Below, piece by piece: positions 1-11,148 of a stretch of DNA of 64,000 nt. The stretch lies in NCBI GenBank assembly GCA_964399075.1, contig CAYNPK010000001.1, positions 160,961 to 224,960 of the forward strand. The letters run 5' to 3'. The notes beneath the pieces are model-generated. The model was not told the DNA's origin. It searched no databases and worked only from the letters and a program-made list of their open reading frames with translations. The translations under genes and the position numbers were made by a program. This DNA comes from an uncultured Candidatus Saccharibacteria bacterium. GTDB lineage: Bacteria > Patescibacteriota > Minisyncoccia > Phycocordibacterales > JACOZG01. The stretch's first letter is position 1, and every line of letters begins with the position of its first letter.

Positions 1-35
1 GAAAATTTGTTTTTAGCGGGAATCCCGATCAATTA

Positions 36-1469
36 ATGATTTTCTGGAAAAATAAAGATTATGGAGCGGTTGAAGATATTGGCGGAATTTCTGATGAAGA
101 AGGGGGGAATATTTTTCGCTTTGGCCCCATCGATGGACACGGATTTGTTGATAGAAAGAAAATCGAAGGTCTATTTAAACAACTAGAAGGTAAAGTGGCG
201 AGCAAGAAACACGCCGCTGAAAACGCTCAAAAATTAAGCGAAATTCGAGAACAACTGGGAATTCAACAAGAGACTTTGGTTACTCCACAAGTTGTTGAGA
301 CTATTCCGGTTGTGCCAGAACAACAAGAGAATCGAAACGAAAATCAACTAGGGCGAGAAAATATCTTTGACAGAATCAAAGCAAAACAGATTGTAGATGT
401 TGCGAAAGATTGGGTAAAATATGGTGGTAATTTTTACGACCATCTTACAGGCAAAAATGTGAAATTGGAGAAAGGCGTTGATTATAAAGTCAATCCTGAC
501 GGAACACCAGATATGACAAGTTTTCGTGAAGCTCGTCAGAAAAAAATTGATGCCTGGCTTCAAGAGCCTGGTAATCAGGCATGGATTGTTGCCGGATCAA
601 AATTTGAGCAAGATCACAAACAAGAACTTAGGGAAGGACAAGAAATAGTGGCAATACGACAACTAGACGGAACTGTGGTCCAAAAAGAAAGATACACAAC
701 ACCTTATTTTTACGAAAATAATTGGCTTTATTATGAATCGAATTATTTTGATAAACAAAAGGGTGAATTGTGCCAACCCGATCGAGAATCTACAAAATAT
801 CGCATCTATTTTAATCTTGAAGGTGGCGACATTTTACCAACATACCAAGAAATTATCGACCAATTAAACAATGACCCTGACTTACGAAAACTTGGTTTCC
901 AAATTAAGACTGTCGATGTATCAAGAGTAAGCCCACAAGAAATTGGGCAGATAATGAATCAAAAGGACAGGATAATCCTGTATCTTGGCAAAGAAGGGAT
1001 GGGTAAGGCTCTGCCTATTTTACAAAAATACGCCGAACAAAACAAACAAAAATTTAATCGAGAAGGCGTTTTACTTGCTCAGCCTCTTATAGATAGCCAA
1101 GGGCAGGAAATTCCAGGAATCACGATAACATCTGAGACAAGGGGGCGTTCACCCGATCCAGCGCAATTTGCCAGGGAGTACAAGTCATTCAACGATATGC
1201 AAAGCAAAATTATCGAATCTTCTTTCCGCTCACTAATTACGGCACTTAAAAATCCAAAAACACTTGAAGAAATATCGGCCAGATATCCAACAATGAAAGA
1301 TGGTCTATCGAAACTTCCAACCACCGCCTCACAAGAAGATTTTATAAGAGAAATTTTGGCCGACCCGAACGGAGAAGAATTTCTAACGAAAAATTTGCAA
1401 GCAATATACCCTCAATGGGCCAGAGCATTTGGTGTTAAAGAGAGGAATATCGCTTTCAAAGAAGGATAA
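36..1469 (+). CDS. hypothetical protein (477 aa), no recognisable domain
   Basis: Long intact ORF, protein-like composition, no motif I can name. Confidence 0.45.
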   Translation: MIFWKNKDYGAVEDIGGISDEEGGNIFRFGPIDGHGFVDRKKIEGLFKQLEGKVASKKHAAENAQKLSEIREQLGIQQETLVTPQVVETIPVVPEQQENRNENQLGRENIFDRIKAKQIVDVAKDWVKYGGNFYDHLTGKNVKLEKGVDYKVNPDGTPDMTSFREARQKKIDAWLQEPGNQAWIVAGSKFEQDHKQELREGQEIVAIRQLDGTVVQKERYTTPYFYENNWLYYESNYFDKQKGELCQPDRESTKYRIYFNLEGGDILPTYQEIIDQLNNDPDLRKLGFQIKTVDVSRVSPQEIGQIMNQKDRIILYLGKEGMGKALPILQKYAEQNKQKFNREGVLLAQPLIDSQGQEIPGITITSETRGRSPDPAQFAREYKSFNDMQSKIIESSFRSLITALKNPKTLEEISARYPTMKDGLSKLPTTASQEDFIREILADPNGEEFLTKNLQAIYPQWARAFGVKERNIAFKEG

Positions 1470-1481
1470 AGCCGGTAAACG

Positions 1482-2276
1482 CTAACTCCCAAAGGTCATA
1501 AAATTGGAACTTTCATATTTTCTAGTTGCGCGGTTAAATATATTGATTGAAATAATAAACCAAAATATTGCAAGAACGCCAACCAACAAAAGTTTTCCTA
1601 GAGAAATATCCCTAACTATTTCAACTGGTAAAGCCCCAACCAAAAGTGACGGAATGGCGAATGTAAAAATAAATCTCATCACTCCCTGGAAAGCACCGCC
1701 ATGGAATAGCGAGGGAGTTAAAAATAACTCAAAAAGACTTCCTGTTACAGAATTAGCGTCGGTGAAGAAAAAACTCGTTGAATAAATTGCTATTGCTGCC
1801 GACAAAAACACAATCGTGGAAACAAGAATCAGTAATGCTATCAGAAGAATCTGATAAATAGTTGCATGAATAAGAAAAGCATAAATTCCCAAACAGACAA
1901 GTCCAAAAACGATATCGCCAAGAGCCGAAACACCAAACGACGACGTAGCAATTCTGACGAGTAGATTTTTTGGCGAAAGCATAAAGCGATCGAATACCCC
2001 GATTGCAACATGATCGGCAAGTTTTCTGATTCCCGCTCCTACTGAAAATACAATGCCGAAACACAGAGCAACGAAGCCTTGCAAGCCAATAATATCAGCA
2101 ACAGTCCAACCGCCAATAACGCCAACAGATTTCACAAAAAATCCCCACAAAATTAGAAAAGCTGCATTGTTGATACTCATTCCAACAATGTTCATTAGAA
2201 AACTGGTGCGAAGTTCCGCACTACTTTGGATATTCTTTTTTATTGCGTATAAGGCGAAATATAATTCTTTCATCAT
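1482..2276 (-). CDS. ABC-2 family transporter permease
   Basis: Polytopic membrane protein (~6 TM) directly downstream of an ABC ATPase and a paralogous permease on the same strand. Confidence 0.55.
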   Translation of the reverse strand: MMKELYFALYAIKKNIQSSAELRTSFLMNIVGMSINNAAFLILWGFFVKSVGVIGGWTVADIIGLQGFVALCFGIVFSVGAGIRKLADHVAIGVFDRFMLSPKNLLVRIATSSFGVSALGDIVFGLVCLGIYAFLIHATIYQILLIALLILVSTIVFLSAAIAIYSTSFFFTDANSVTGSLFELFLTPSLFHGGAFQGVMRFIFTFAIPSLLVGALPVEIVRDISLGKLLLVGVLAIFWFIISINIFNRATRKYESSNFMTFGS

Positions 2277-2280
2277 AAAA

Positions 2281-3081
2281 TTATCCTCCGTTTACTGAGA
2301 CTTTTTGTTTTGCTTTTTCAAACATAAAATAAACGACCAATCCAAGTAAGACAACCCAAAACAATTGGATACCAACAAGTTGATACCAGTTTGTTTGCCA
2401 AGTTTCGTAAACTGTGTGCGTTATAAACTGCGAAGCACCGAAAGGACTCCACAAAGCAATCTTAAACATAAATGCTGGAAACAGAGCAACAGGGAGATAC
2501 GATCCACCAAGAATCATGATGGCCTTATCGACAATCCAAAAAACTGGATTGATGTCCTCTATCCAAAAAGACAAAAGACCAACAACTGTATATAAAAACA
2601 AGGAAAGAAATATCCCACAAATGAAAGCCAAAATGAATGTTGGGATAAAAAGGCCAATCATCATCGTTGATGGAAAACCAATAATAAAAAACAGCGCGGC
2701 TACAGCCAATAATGTTATGACAGCAAAAGAGTATAGACCAGAACCGATCTGCCACCATATTCGATACGATAGATAAGAAATTGGCTTACTAAACAACACT
2801 TCAACATTTCCAGTTTGAATATCTCTCATGATTTCCCTAGAAATGTCACGCAATCTAAATACCGAAAATGAGAAATAGAAAAAAATACTCCACGCGGCAA
2901 AAAGAAAAGTCGTGTTATTTATGACACCATCATTTAATTGAAAAACATGCCAATATAAAATTAGCAGTATTCCACATCGCGCGATGACACCAACGGTATC
3001 CACAACAAGTCTACCGGGATATTGAATCCGATCCTTAATGAGCGTCTTTAGTATCTTAGTTGCTAGTCGAATCTCTTTCAT
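2281..3081 (-). CDS. ABC-2 family transporter permease
   Basis: Polytopic membrane protein; overlaps the upstream ATPase gene stop, suggesting an operon. Confidence 0.55.
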   Translation of the reverse strand: MKEIRLATKILKTLIKDRIQYPGRLVVDTVGVIARCGILLILYWHVFQLNDGVINNTTFLFAAWSIFFYFSFSVFRLRDISREIMRDIQTGNVEVLFSKPISYLSYRIWWQIGSGLYSFAVITLLAVAALFFIIGFPSTMMIGLFIPTFILAFICGIFLSLFLYTVVGLLSFWIEDINPVFWIVDKAIMILGGSYLPVALFPAFMFKIALWSPFGASQFITHTVYETWQTNWYQLVGIQLFWVVLLGLVVYFMFEKAKQKVSVNGG

Positions 3082-4054
3082 AAATATGCCTAATTACTGC
3101 TTCGAGGCTAGCGTTATACACATCAATGTCTTCGACTTCAAACAGGTCAAGCAATTTTTTTAAAGATTCCTGAACAGTGATTTTGTTAATATCAACAACG
3201 ACAGTAATTTTATTTTTGTCTTGTGAAAAATAACGCATGCCTTCTGGGAGTTCCGGAAAATTATTAAACTTGCTTAGCGCGATAAGATCGATATGTTTTT
3301 CATAAACAAAAGTCTTTGCCAAATCTTGCGTAGGCAAATCTCTTATCACCACCCCGTGATTGATAATTATTGTCCTGTCGCAAAGAGATTCGATGTCGCC
3401 GACATCGTGAGAAGTTAAGAAAATTGTCGTATTTTCTTCCTTGTTTATTTTGAGCAACAAATCGCGAAGCAACTTCTTTGCCACGACATCAAGCCCAATT
3501 GTTGGTTCATCGAGAAGGATAATTTTTGGTTTATGAATTAAAGAAGCAGCAACTTCTGCTCGCATACGTTGACCAAGTGAGAGCTTACGTACCGGCTGAG
3601 TGATAAATGGCCCGAGGTCAAAAAGGCTAACAAGTTCAGTAATTCTCTTCTTGATTTCTTTTTCAGGCAAATCATACATTACACCAAAGAATTCGAGTGA
3701 ATCTGTTATTGGTAAATTTGGCAGAAGTTGCGAACGCTGACCAAAAACTGTGCCAATTTGATAAGCAAGCTTCTTTCTATCTTTTGTTGGATCAAAACCA
3801 AGAATATTTACTTTCCCCGAAGTTGGAAAAAGTATACCAGTGAGCATTTTGATTGTGGTAGATTTACCTGCCCCATTAGGACCAATGAACGCTATGCGTT
3901 CACCATGTTTGACCGAAAAAGAAATATCATTAACCGCTACGATTTCTTTAGTTTCAGGCGAGAGTAAATTTTTCAACCAACTCGAAGACGCGTTTCTTGT
4001 GGGGAAAGAAAACTTCTTTGTTAGGTTTGATACTGTAATAGAAACCGAGGACAT
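3056..4054 (-). CDS. ABC transporter ATP-binding protein
   Basis: Walker A GPNGAGKST, ABC signature LSLGQRMR, Walker B ILLDEPTIGLD. Confidence 0.9.
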   Translation of the reverse strand: MSSVSITVSNLTKKFSFPTRNASSSWLKNLLSPETKEIVAVNDISFSVKHGERIAFIGPNGAGKSTTIKMLTGILFPTSGKVNILGFDPTKDRKKLAYQIGTVFGQRSQLLPNLPITDSLEFFGVMYDLPEKEIKKRITELVSLFDLGPFITQPVRKLSLGQRMRAEVAASLIHKPKIILLDEPTIGLDVVAKKLLRDLLLKINKEENTTIFLTSHDVGDIESLCDRTIIINHGVVIRDLPTQDLAKTFVYEKHIDLIALSKFNNFPELPEGMRYFSQDKNKITVVVDINKITVQESLKKLLDLFEVEDIDVYNASLEAVIRHIYERDSTSN

Positions 4055-4066
4055 GGTCTAGTCTAC

Positions 4067-6775
4067 CTACTTCCGAGAGCCGGAGGGTGAGACTATTTTA
4101 GTTTTGAGAGTTCCGCGGTGCGAACTGCGAAAAGTTTTCTTGATATCTATCGTCAATTGACCATTCTTCATTTCCACACTCAAGACTCCCCCGCTCTCAA
4201 TCCGACGCGCGATGATAAATTCGGCGATGAGATTAAGAATTTTGTTTTGAATTAGACGCTTGAGCGGACGCACGCCGTACTCGGCACTGAAACCTTCCTT
4301 GGCGAGATAGTCAACCACGGCCGGCGAGACTTCCAGCTCAATATTTTTCACCTTCAAGCGCTCACTGACCAGACGAAGTTGGATATCAACAATTTCTCTA
4401 ATCACCACCTGGTCAAGCGGATTGAAAATGATAATATCATCCAGGCGATTAAGAAATTCGGGACGGAAGTGTTGTTTAAGAGTCTCCATAATTCGCGATT
4501 TGGTTTCCTCAAATTGACCGAGAACATTGGGCGTGGAAGCAAAACCAATTCTCTGCCAACGCATCATGTACTCACTCCCAAGATTAGAAGTAAGCATAAT
4601 GATTGTGTTTTTGAAGTTGACAGTGCGACCCTTGGCGTCAGTCAGACGGCCGTTGTCTAGAACTTGCAGGAGAATATTGAAGACTTCCGGATGAGCCTTC
4701 TCAATCTCATCAAACAAGAGCACGGCATAAGGACGATGACGAACCGTCTCCGTTAGAGAACCACCTTCTTCGTAGCCGACATAACCGGGTGGCGAGCCAA
4801 TCATTTTAGAAATAGAATATTTCTCCATGTACTCCGACATATCAATTCGCACCAGAGCCTTCTCGTCATCAAACATAAAGGAGGCTAAACTCTTAGCCAG
4901 TTCCGTCTTGCCCACACCGGTAGGGCCCAAGAGAATAAATGAGCCAATCGGTTTATCAGGGTCGCCCACACCGGCGCGCGAGCGCTTGACCGCTTCAGTG
5001 ATTTTGCGAATCGCCTCGTCTTGACCACGAACGCGTTTACGAATCTCATCCTCAATCCGACCGAGTTTTTCCGATTCGGACTCCAACATCCGTGTGACCG
5101 GCACATGAGTCCAACGCGCCACTACTTTAGCAATATCCTCATCAGTAATCTGCTCCTTAAGCAAACGACGAGAACTTTGCAATTTTTTCAGCTTGCTCTC
5201 GCGAGACTTTAATTGCTTTTCTAATTCCGGAATTTGACCATAGCGAATTTCCGCCGCTCGAGAGAGATCAGCTCGTAATTCTGCCTGCTCGGCCTCAGAA
5301 CGCAGTTGTTCCAAATTTCGCTTCGATTCTTTCAATTCATTGAGAATTTGCTTTTCGTTTTTCCAACGTAATTCCAGTTCACCGACTGACTCGCGCCTGT
5401 CGCTGATTTCTGCTTCAATTTTTTTGATTCTTGCTTTAGCTTTCTTATCATCATTCTCGCTAACCTCTTTCTTAAGCGCCTCCTTTTCCACTTCCAGATG
5501 CATAATAGCCGCATCAGCGTCACCCAAAGTTTGAGGCTTGTTCTCCAGCTGGAGACGCAAGGCCGAAGCTGATTCGTCAATTAAATCAATCGCCTTGTCC
5601 GGCAAGAAGCGATCACTGATATAGCGACTAGAGAGATTGACTGCTGCCACGATCGCCCCATCGGTAATATGAATCCCGTGATGAGATTCGTACTTACTCT
5701 TCAAACCTCGCAAAATAGTGATCGCATCCTCAATGCTCGGCTCCTCCACATAAACCGGTTGGAAACGACGTGTTAGAGCTTGGTCTCGTTCAATGTGTTT
5801 CTGGTATTCTTTAATCGTCGTGGCGCCAATCGCTCGCAACTCACCACGCGCCAGTGGTGGCTTCAACATATTAGCGGCGTCAATAGCCCCTTCAGCAGCG
5901 CCAGCGCCAATAATTGTGTGAATTTCATCAATAAACAAAATAATTTTATTATTCGCCTTCTCAATTTCTTTCAAAACGTTTTTTAAACGTTCTTCAAATT
6001 CACCACGATACTTGGTCCCAGCCACCAATAAACCAATATCAAGCGAGACCAGATCCTTGTCGCGCAAAGAATCCGGAACATCACCCTTGGCAATCTTGAT
6101 TGCCAGACCTTCCGCAATAGCGGTCTTGCCCACACCCGCTTCGCCAATCAAGATTGGATTATTTTTCGTCCGACGAGAGAGAATCTCCATCACTCGTTGA
6201 ATTTCTTCTTCGCGACCGATGACCGGATCCAATTTATCTTCACGAGCCATCGTCGTTAAATTCTTAGTAAATTTTTCCAACATCTTCATTCGACGAGGTT
6301 GTTCCAATTCCGGCCCCCCGGGAGATTGACGCAAGTCCTGGACCACCTTCAAGACGCGATCTTTGGTGACTCTAAAGCGCTGAAGAATTTCATTGCCTTG
6401 GTTGGGCGTTTCTAGGAGAGCCAGGATCAAATGCTCACTGGAGACAAATTCATCGCCTAGATTAGTAGCAATCTTCCCTGCTGTGTCGAAAACTCGTACT
6501 AAATCCGGAGTAAGATAAATTTGGTATGAAGCAGAGACAGTCGCTCCGCCCTCATGACCACTATCGAGACTATCGATAACATAATCAGACAACATCACGG
6601 CATCAACTTCGATTTTATCAAGAATAGACAAGAAGACACTTTCTTCTTGGAGTAAGAGCGCCGCTAATAAGTGGAGTGGATTGACCTGATTTTGGCCACG
6701 CTCAATAGCCAATTCGTGAGTCTTACGAATAACTTCTTTGGCTTTAGCGGTAAAATTTGAAAATGGTGGTGGCAT
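4067..6775 (-). CDS. clpB: ATP-dependent chaperone ClpB
   Basis: Two AAA+ modules ([15 protein letters not shown]; [15 protein letters not shown]) separated by a long coiled-coil M-domain, Clp N-domain, 902 aa. Confidence 0.95.
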   Translation of the reverse strand: MPPPFSNFTAKAKEVIRKTHELAIERGQNQVNPLHLLAALLLQEESVFLSILDKIEVDAVMLSDYVIDSLDSGHEGGATVSASYQIYLTPDLVRVFDTAGKIATNLGDEFVSSEHLILALLETPNQGNEILQRFRVTKDRVLKVVQDLRQSPGGPELEQPRRMKMLEKFTKNLTTMAREDKLDPVIGREEEIQRVMEILSRRTKNNPILIGEAGVGKTAIAEGLAIKIAKGDVPDSLRDKDLVSLDIGLLVAGTKYRGEFEERLKNVLKEIEKANNKIILFIDEIHTIIGAGAAEGAIDAANMLKPPLARGELRAIGATTIKEYQKHIERDQALTRRFQPVYVEEPSIEDAITILRGLKSKYESHHGIHITDGAIVAAVNLSSRYISDRFLPDKAIDLIDESASALRLQLENKPQTLGDADAAIMHLEVEKEALKKEVSENDDKKAKARIKKIEAEISDRRESVGELELRWKNEKQILNELKESKRNLEQLRSEAEQAELRADLSRAAEIRYGQIPELEKQLKSRESKLKKLQSSRRLLKEQITDEDIAKVVARWTHVPVTRMLESESEKLGRIEDEIRKRVRGQDEAIRKITEAVKRSRAGVGDPDKPIGSFILLGPTGVGKTELAKSLASFMFDDEKALVRIDMSEYMEKYSISKMIGSPPGYVGYEEGGSLTETVRHRPYAVLLFDEIEKAHPEVFNILLQVLDNGRLTDAKGRTVNFKNTIIMLTSNLGSEYMMRWQRIGFASTPNVLGQFEETKSRIMETLKQHFRPEFLNRLDDIIIFNPLDQVVIREIVDIQLRLVSERLKVKNIELEVSPAVVDYLAKEGFSAEYGVRPLKRLIQNKILNLIAEFIIARRIESGGVLSVEMKNGQLTIDIKKTFRSSHRGTLKTKIVSPSGSRK

Positions 6776-6784
6776 ATAATTTAT

Positions 6785-7597
6785 TTATTCAATAATGCTA
6801 TTAATTAATTCTCTAATCGACCCGACGGCCAAGGCTAAACCAAGAGTTTGATTAATACCAACAATTTTGCCTTGAGTATTGAGCACTGGTCCGCCTCTAT
6901 TCTGATCAGTGACCGCCGTGGTCTGAACCAAAATAATATCAGACGAAGCCTCAGCCTCAAGCGGTGTAAGCGAGGAGACGACACCACCGGTGGCAGTAAT
7001 TAAATTATCTTCATTAACACCAAAAGCGATAACGGTTTGTCCGGGTAAAATGTCAGTTTCCGCCAAACTAAAACCGGCTAATCCCTCCGGAACTGCTCCC
7101 TCAATCTTAAGTAGAGCAATATCGTGATCAGTGGAAACTTTCATTAATTTGGCCGTTAGTTCATTACCACCAGCGATGACAACTTTGTATTCTTGTCCAA
7201 CTACCAAACGCGGAAGTAATTTAGCAACAGTAACTAAAAATCCAGCTGGCTGAATCAAGACAGCGCTACCTAAAATTTTACCCCTATCATCAGCAATTTG
7301 AGCAACTCCACTACTGGCAGTCTCGATTACTTTAGCAACCAAATCATCTTGATTGACAGTAACCGGAACCGTAATTGGCACCTCCTTAACAATAATCTGC
7401 TCTTGAGGTTCTCCCGGGACTACCTTCTCCACCGTTCGCTCCACCACGCGGTTGATTGTTTGAGTCACACCCGGTGGCGCCTGATCCATTAAGGTTACAG
7501 TCACAATGCCAGTGGCAATTGAGGTCACGAAACTGACCAATAAAGCCAACAAAATCATCTGACTTTTGTTCATATCCTCCATAACCTCAATATACAA
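6785..7597 (-). CDS. membrane-anchored HtrA/DegP-like trypsin-fold protein, apparently catalytically inactive
   Basis: S1C-family pattern (DIALLKI ... GGPVLNTQGKIVGINQT), but the His position reads TVAKLL and the GNSGGP serine reads NRGGP; N-terminal TM helix; no PDZ domain. Confidence 0.65.
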   Translation of the reverse strand: MYIEVMEDMNKSQMILLALLVSFVTSIATGIVTVTLMDQAPPGVTQTINRVVERTVEKVVPGEPQEQIIVKEVPITVPVTVNQDDLVAKVIETASSGVAQIADDRGKILGSAVLIQPAGFLVTVAKLLPRLVVGQEYKVVIAGGNELTAKLMKVSTDHDIALLKIEGAVPEGLAGFSLAETDILPGQTVIAFGVNEDNLITATGGVVSSLTPLEAEASSDIILVQTTAVTDQNRGGPVLNTQGKIVGINQTLGLALAVGSIRELINSIIE

Positions 7598-7623
7598 TAT
7601 TAGTGACTAACAAGCAATACTAA

Positions 7624-8220
7624 TTAAGCCACGATATTTCGCTCTATTTCATCCCAATTAATCACCTTGAAGAAGGCTTCGAGATACTCCGCCCGACGGT
7701 TCTGGTACTTAAGATAATAAGCGTGCTCCCAAACATCAACACCCAAAATGATTTTGGCACCCTGACTGACAGGCGTGTCTTGATTGCCGGTACTTATGAT
7801 CTCAAATTTACCATCTTTCACTGCCAACCAGACCCAACCAGAACCAAAATGGTTTAGGGCACTAGCGATGAATTTAGCTTGGAAGTCTTCCAGACCGCCG
7901 AAATGCTCATCAAGCATAGTAATCGTCTGCTCTCTTGGCTCGGTTTTTTCCCCCGTTAACATTGTCCAAAACAAACTATGGTTGAGGTGACCACCGCCGT
8001 GATTACGCACGGCTAATCTAATATCCTCCGGCACTGTTTCTAATTTACTCATCAATTCTTCAATTTTCAATTGAGCCAGGTCCGGATATTTCTCTAGCGC
8101 GATGTTTAATTTATCAATGTAAGCTTGGTGATGTTTAAGGTGATGAATCCGCATCGTCTCCTCATCAAGGTGCGGTTCCAAGTCACTATATTTGTATGGC
8201 AAATTTGGTAATTGATGCAT
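7624..8220 (-). CDS. Fe/Mn superoxide dismutase
   Basis: HHQAYIDKLN and DVWEHAYYLKYQNRR signature motifs, 198 aa. Confidence 0.9.
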   Translation of the reverse strand: MHQLPNLPYKYSDLEPHLDEETMRIHHLKHHQAYIDKLNIALEKYPDLAQLKIEELMSKLETVPEDIRLAVRNHGGGHLNHSLFWTMLTGEKTEPREQTITMLDEHFGGLEDFQAKFIASALNHFGSGWVWLAVKDGKFEIISTGNQDTPVSQGAKIILGVDVWEHAYYLKYQNRRAEYLEAFFKVINWDEIERNIVA

Positions 8221-8238
8221 GTATATATTTTAGCACAA

Positions 8239-9159
8239 TCAGTCGAGAAATTTAAAAGTGGAAAGAATTTGCTTTATTTCTGAACTCCGAGCACATTGGA
8301 AAACATCAAGTTGAGCGCATTCAGGAAAATAGTTAGTATCAGACAAAAAATAAAATCTATCATTTTTGGCAAAAGCCAAATCTGGATACTTAGCTCTCAC
8401 TGAATCATTTTTAGGATCTTCCCACTCAACCAAAGTCTTAACCGTAATATTCAAACTACATATTGAGAGGGCAGGAACAGGGCGATCAAATTTAAAACAA
8501 ATTGTGTCTCCATCATGATTTACTTGATAGTTCGTCCAAGTTAAGGGAAATTCTAACTCAAACCCATACTCTTCGTTACGATAAGTTTGCCAATCGGCAG
8601 TTTCATCTTTGTCGATAGATTGAAAAGTGGATATTATTTGTTCTCCAATCTTGTACTCATCTGTTGTCCTTTTGATAGATTCGTCTAAAGCAAGATTCCA
8701 CCAAGATTGTTTACTGAGCTGATCGCTTCCGAAATCACCATAAGAAGTGATATTGTGATCAGGACCATCACCACCAGGCCAAAATAAAATACGGTAGGTG
8801 ACTGGCACCCCTTCGTATCCTGGCAAATCTACACGGCTAGGACTTTCGATGTTAATCCTAAGATATTGAATATCATTATCCGTACCACTGTTATCGGCAA
8901 ATTTCCAATCAGTCGGGTATTTTAACTCAAACCCGTACTCCTCGTTGCGATAGGTTTGCCAATCGGCTGGAACCTCATCGGCAGGTCGCGTGGCCAAACT
9001 ACCGGGACCGATGGTGGTAAAAATTTGATAAAAATAATACCCGCCAGCAATGAGTAGTAAGATGACAATAAGCAACACCATCCAAATCAAGGTGTGTTTT
9101 CTTTTCACTGGAGCTTGTTCTTGATTTAAGTTGGTAAATTGATTTTCGTTGTTGTCCAT
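8239..9159 (-). CDS. membrane-anchored hypothetical protein with internal tandem domain duplication
   Basis: N-terminal TM helix; peptide ADWQTYRNEEYGFEL occurs twice, mirrored by a ~47-bp nucleotide repeat near 8555-8600 and 8925-8970. Confidence 0.5.
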   Translation of the reverse strand: MDNNENQFTNLNQEQAPVKRKHTLIWMVLLIVILLLIAGGYYFYQIFTTIGPGSLATRPADEVPADWQTYRNEEYGFELKYPTDWKFADNSGTDNDIQYLRINIESPSRVDLPGYEGVPVTYRILFWPGGDGPDHNITSYGDFGSDQLSKQSWWNLALDESIKRTTDEYKIGEQIISTFQSIDKDETADWQTYRNEEYGFELEFPLTWTNYQVNHDGDTICFKFDRPVPALSICSLNITVKTLVEWEDPKNDSVRAKYPDLAFAKNDRFYFLSDTNYFPECAQLDVFQCARSSEIKQILSTFKFLD

Positions 9160-9169
9160 GATTAATACA

Positions 9170-9487
9170 TTATTTTGTTAAACCTACTTTGCGTTCTACT
9201 CTGGTCAATCTAAGTTTTACCTCGCTCATTTCTTTATCACCCAAAGCCATCACCTGAACTAGAGGCCCAAGCGCGCGCTTGATATCAGTCACATCGTCCT
9301 CAACCCTCTCGAAACGGTCAATGATTAATTTGAATCGTTTATTTGCAGTATCTTCGATCTTAGAAAATTTATCCTGAACATTGTTGAAGCCCTTAGCTGT
9401 GGCTCTGGCTAAAGAATCAATCAAATGCGCCAAATCTTCATTAGACACCTCTTTGTTTTTTACTTTCTTTTTCCCTTTTTCTTTCAT
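9170..9487 (-). CDS. hypothetical small coiled-coil protein
   Basis: 105-aa ORF, lysine-rich N-terminus, heptad-like charged sequence. Confidence 0.35.
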   Translation of the reverse strand: MKEKGKKKVKNKEVSNEDLAHLIDSLARATAKGFNNVQDKFSKIEDTANKRFKLIIDRFERVEDDVTDIKRALGPLVQVMALGDKEMSEVKLRLTRVERKVGLTK

Positions 9488-9494
9488 CCCGCTA

Positions 9495-10658
9495 TTATAC
9501 CCTACTTCTTAATTTTTTTAATATTGGTGGGATAACTTTTAACACATAATCAACATCGCGCGCTGTGACATCTCGGCCAAAAGTAAATCTAACCGACTGT
9601 TCCGCTCTCTCTCGACTTTGACCTAAGGCCATGACAACATGAGACTCGTTATGATCAGTGATAGAGCAAGCCGAGCCGGTGGAACAAGCCACGCCCTTGG
9701 CGTCTAATTCTATTACCAACTGCTCGGCTAAAATTCCATCGAAAGCGACATTAACATTGTTAGGTAAACGTTCAGTGGCGTCACCTTGCAGTGTCGTGCC
9801 GGACAATTTCAACAAGCCCGAAATTAAACGGTCGCGTAAAGGCGTTAGACGCGCCACTTCTCGTTCTCGGTGTTGTCTGGCTAATTCTAGAGCGCCGGCC
9901 AAACCAATAATACCAGCCACGTTCTCGGTGCCGGCGCGCCGACCGCGCTCTTGGCCACCGCCATAAATTAGCGGAACAATTGATACTCCCTCGCGGACAT
10001 ATAGAGCGCCAACCCCCTTAGGTCCGTACATTTTGGCAGCATTGATTGTCATCAGATCAACGCCTAAGCGCGCGACGTTTAGATCCAAAAAGCGCGTGGC
10101 CTGACAAGCGTCGGTGTGGAAATAAGGATAAATAGTTTTGAAATGTTTGCGATGGGAGCGAACAATTTTAGCCACGGCCCGCAATGGTTGGATAGTGCCA
10201 ATTTCATTATTGGCATACATCAGGGAAACCAATTTAGTTTCCGGATTCAACATTGATCGGAAAGCTTCCAGATCAATTAAACCATTGCCAAGCACTGGAA
10301 CGTAAGCAACCGGATTACCTGACGCTCCGCGAGCGCGACAAGGTGACAAGATAGAAGCGTGTTCAATGGTTGAGGTTAAAATTTGTCCGGAACCAATGGA
10401 CAAAGCTAAATTATTAGCTTCGGTGCCACTCCCGGTAAAGATAATTTCTTGAGGCCTAGCGCCAAGAACTTCCGCCACAAGCTGTCGCGCATTATTCAGG
10501 GCTTGACCGGCAGAAACCCCGCCAAAATGCAAACTAGAGGGGTTAGCAAACACTTGATCGAGATAAGGCAACATCGCCCGCTTGACCTTAAGGTCAAGCG
10601 GAGTGGCGGCGGCGGTGTCCCAATAAATGATTGATTTTTTTGCCATTTTGCCCTTCAT
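9495..10658 (-). CDS. cysteine desulfurase (class V aminotransferase, IscS/NifS-like)
   Basis: ANPSSLHFGG, TGSGTEANNLAL and AAKMYGPKGVGALYVR PLP-lysine region; true start may be the internal MAKKS. Confidence 0.85.
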   Translation of the reverse strand: MKGKMAKKSIIYWDTAAATPLDLKVKRAMLPYLDQVFANPSSLHFGGVSAGQALNNARQLVAEVLGARPQEIIFTGSGTEANNLALSIGSGQILTSTIEHASILSPCRARGASGNPVAYVPVLGNGLIDLEAFRSMLNPETKLVSLMYANNEIGTIQPLRAVAKIVRSHRKHFKTIYPYFHTDACQATRFLDLNVARLGVDLMTINAAKMYGPKGVGALYVREGVSIVPLIYGGGQERGRRAGTENVAGIIGLAGALELARQHREREVARLTPLRDRLISGLLKLSGTTLQGDATERLPNNVNVAFDGILAEQLVIELDAKGVACSTGSACSITDHNESHVVMALGQSRERAEQSVRFTFGRDVTARDVDYVLKVIPPILKKLRSRV

Positions 10659-11130
10659 AGGCTATGATAACTTAACTATGGCACTGGATCAAACAACTAT
10701 CGCTTTCGGCTTGATTATTATCGCTCTATTGGTATCACTGATTTGGATTATTCGTTTAGAACTCCGCCTTAATCGTTTCTGGCGTGGTCGAGAAGGCGTC
10801 AATCTAGAATCGATTATTCTGAAGCTTAGACAAGAAGTTGAAACAGTAGATAAGACAAACAAAGAAATTCAAAAATACTTAATCGATATGGAAAGACGTT
10901 TGAAGCAAAGCGTTCAACATGTTAAAACAATTCGCTTCAACCCCTTCCGCGAGCAAGGTCAAGGGAGCAATCAGAGCTTCGCCACCGCGCTACTTGATGA
11001 GCAGGGCAATGGCACGGTTATCTCCACTCTGTACAGTCGCGACAAAGTTTCTGTTTACGCCAAGCCAATTAAAAACTATCATTCAGAATTCGAAATAACC
11101 GAAGAAGAAAAAATAGTTCTGGCTAAATAA
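10627..11130 (+). CDS. membrane-anchored hypothetical protein (DUF4446-like by recollection)
   Basis: N-terminal TM helix plus conserved C-terminal block IRFNPFREQGQGSNQSFATALLDEQGNG; the annotated start overlaps the divergent desulfurase, so the real start is probably MALDQ near 10678. Confidence 0.4.
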   Translation: MIDFFAILPFIGYDNLTMALDQTTIAFGLIIIALLVSLIWIIRLELRLNRFWRGREGVNLESIILKLRQEVETVDKTNKEIQKYLIDMERRLKQSVQHVKTIRFNPFREQGQGSNQSFATALLDEQGNGTVISTLYSRDKVSVYAKPIKNYHSEFEITEEEKIVLAK

Positions 11131-11148
11131 GGCTAAATAATTATCATC

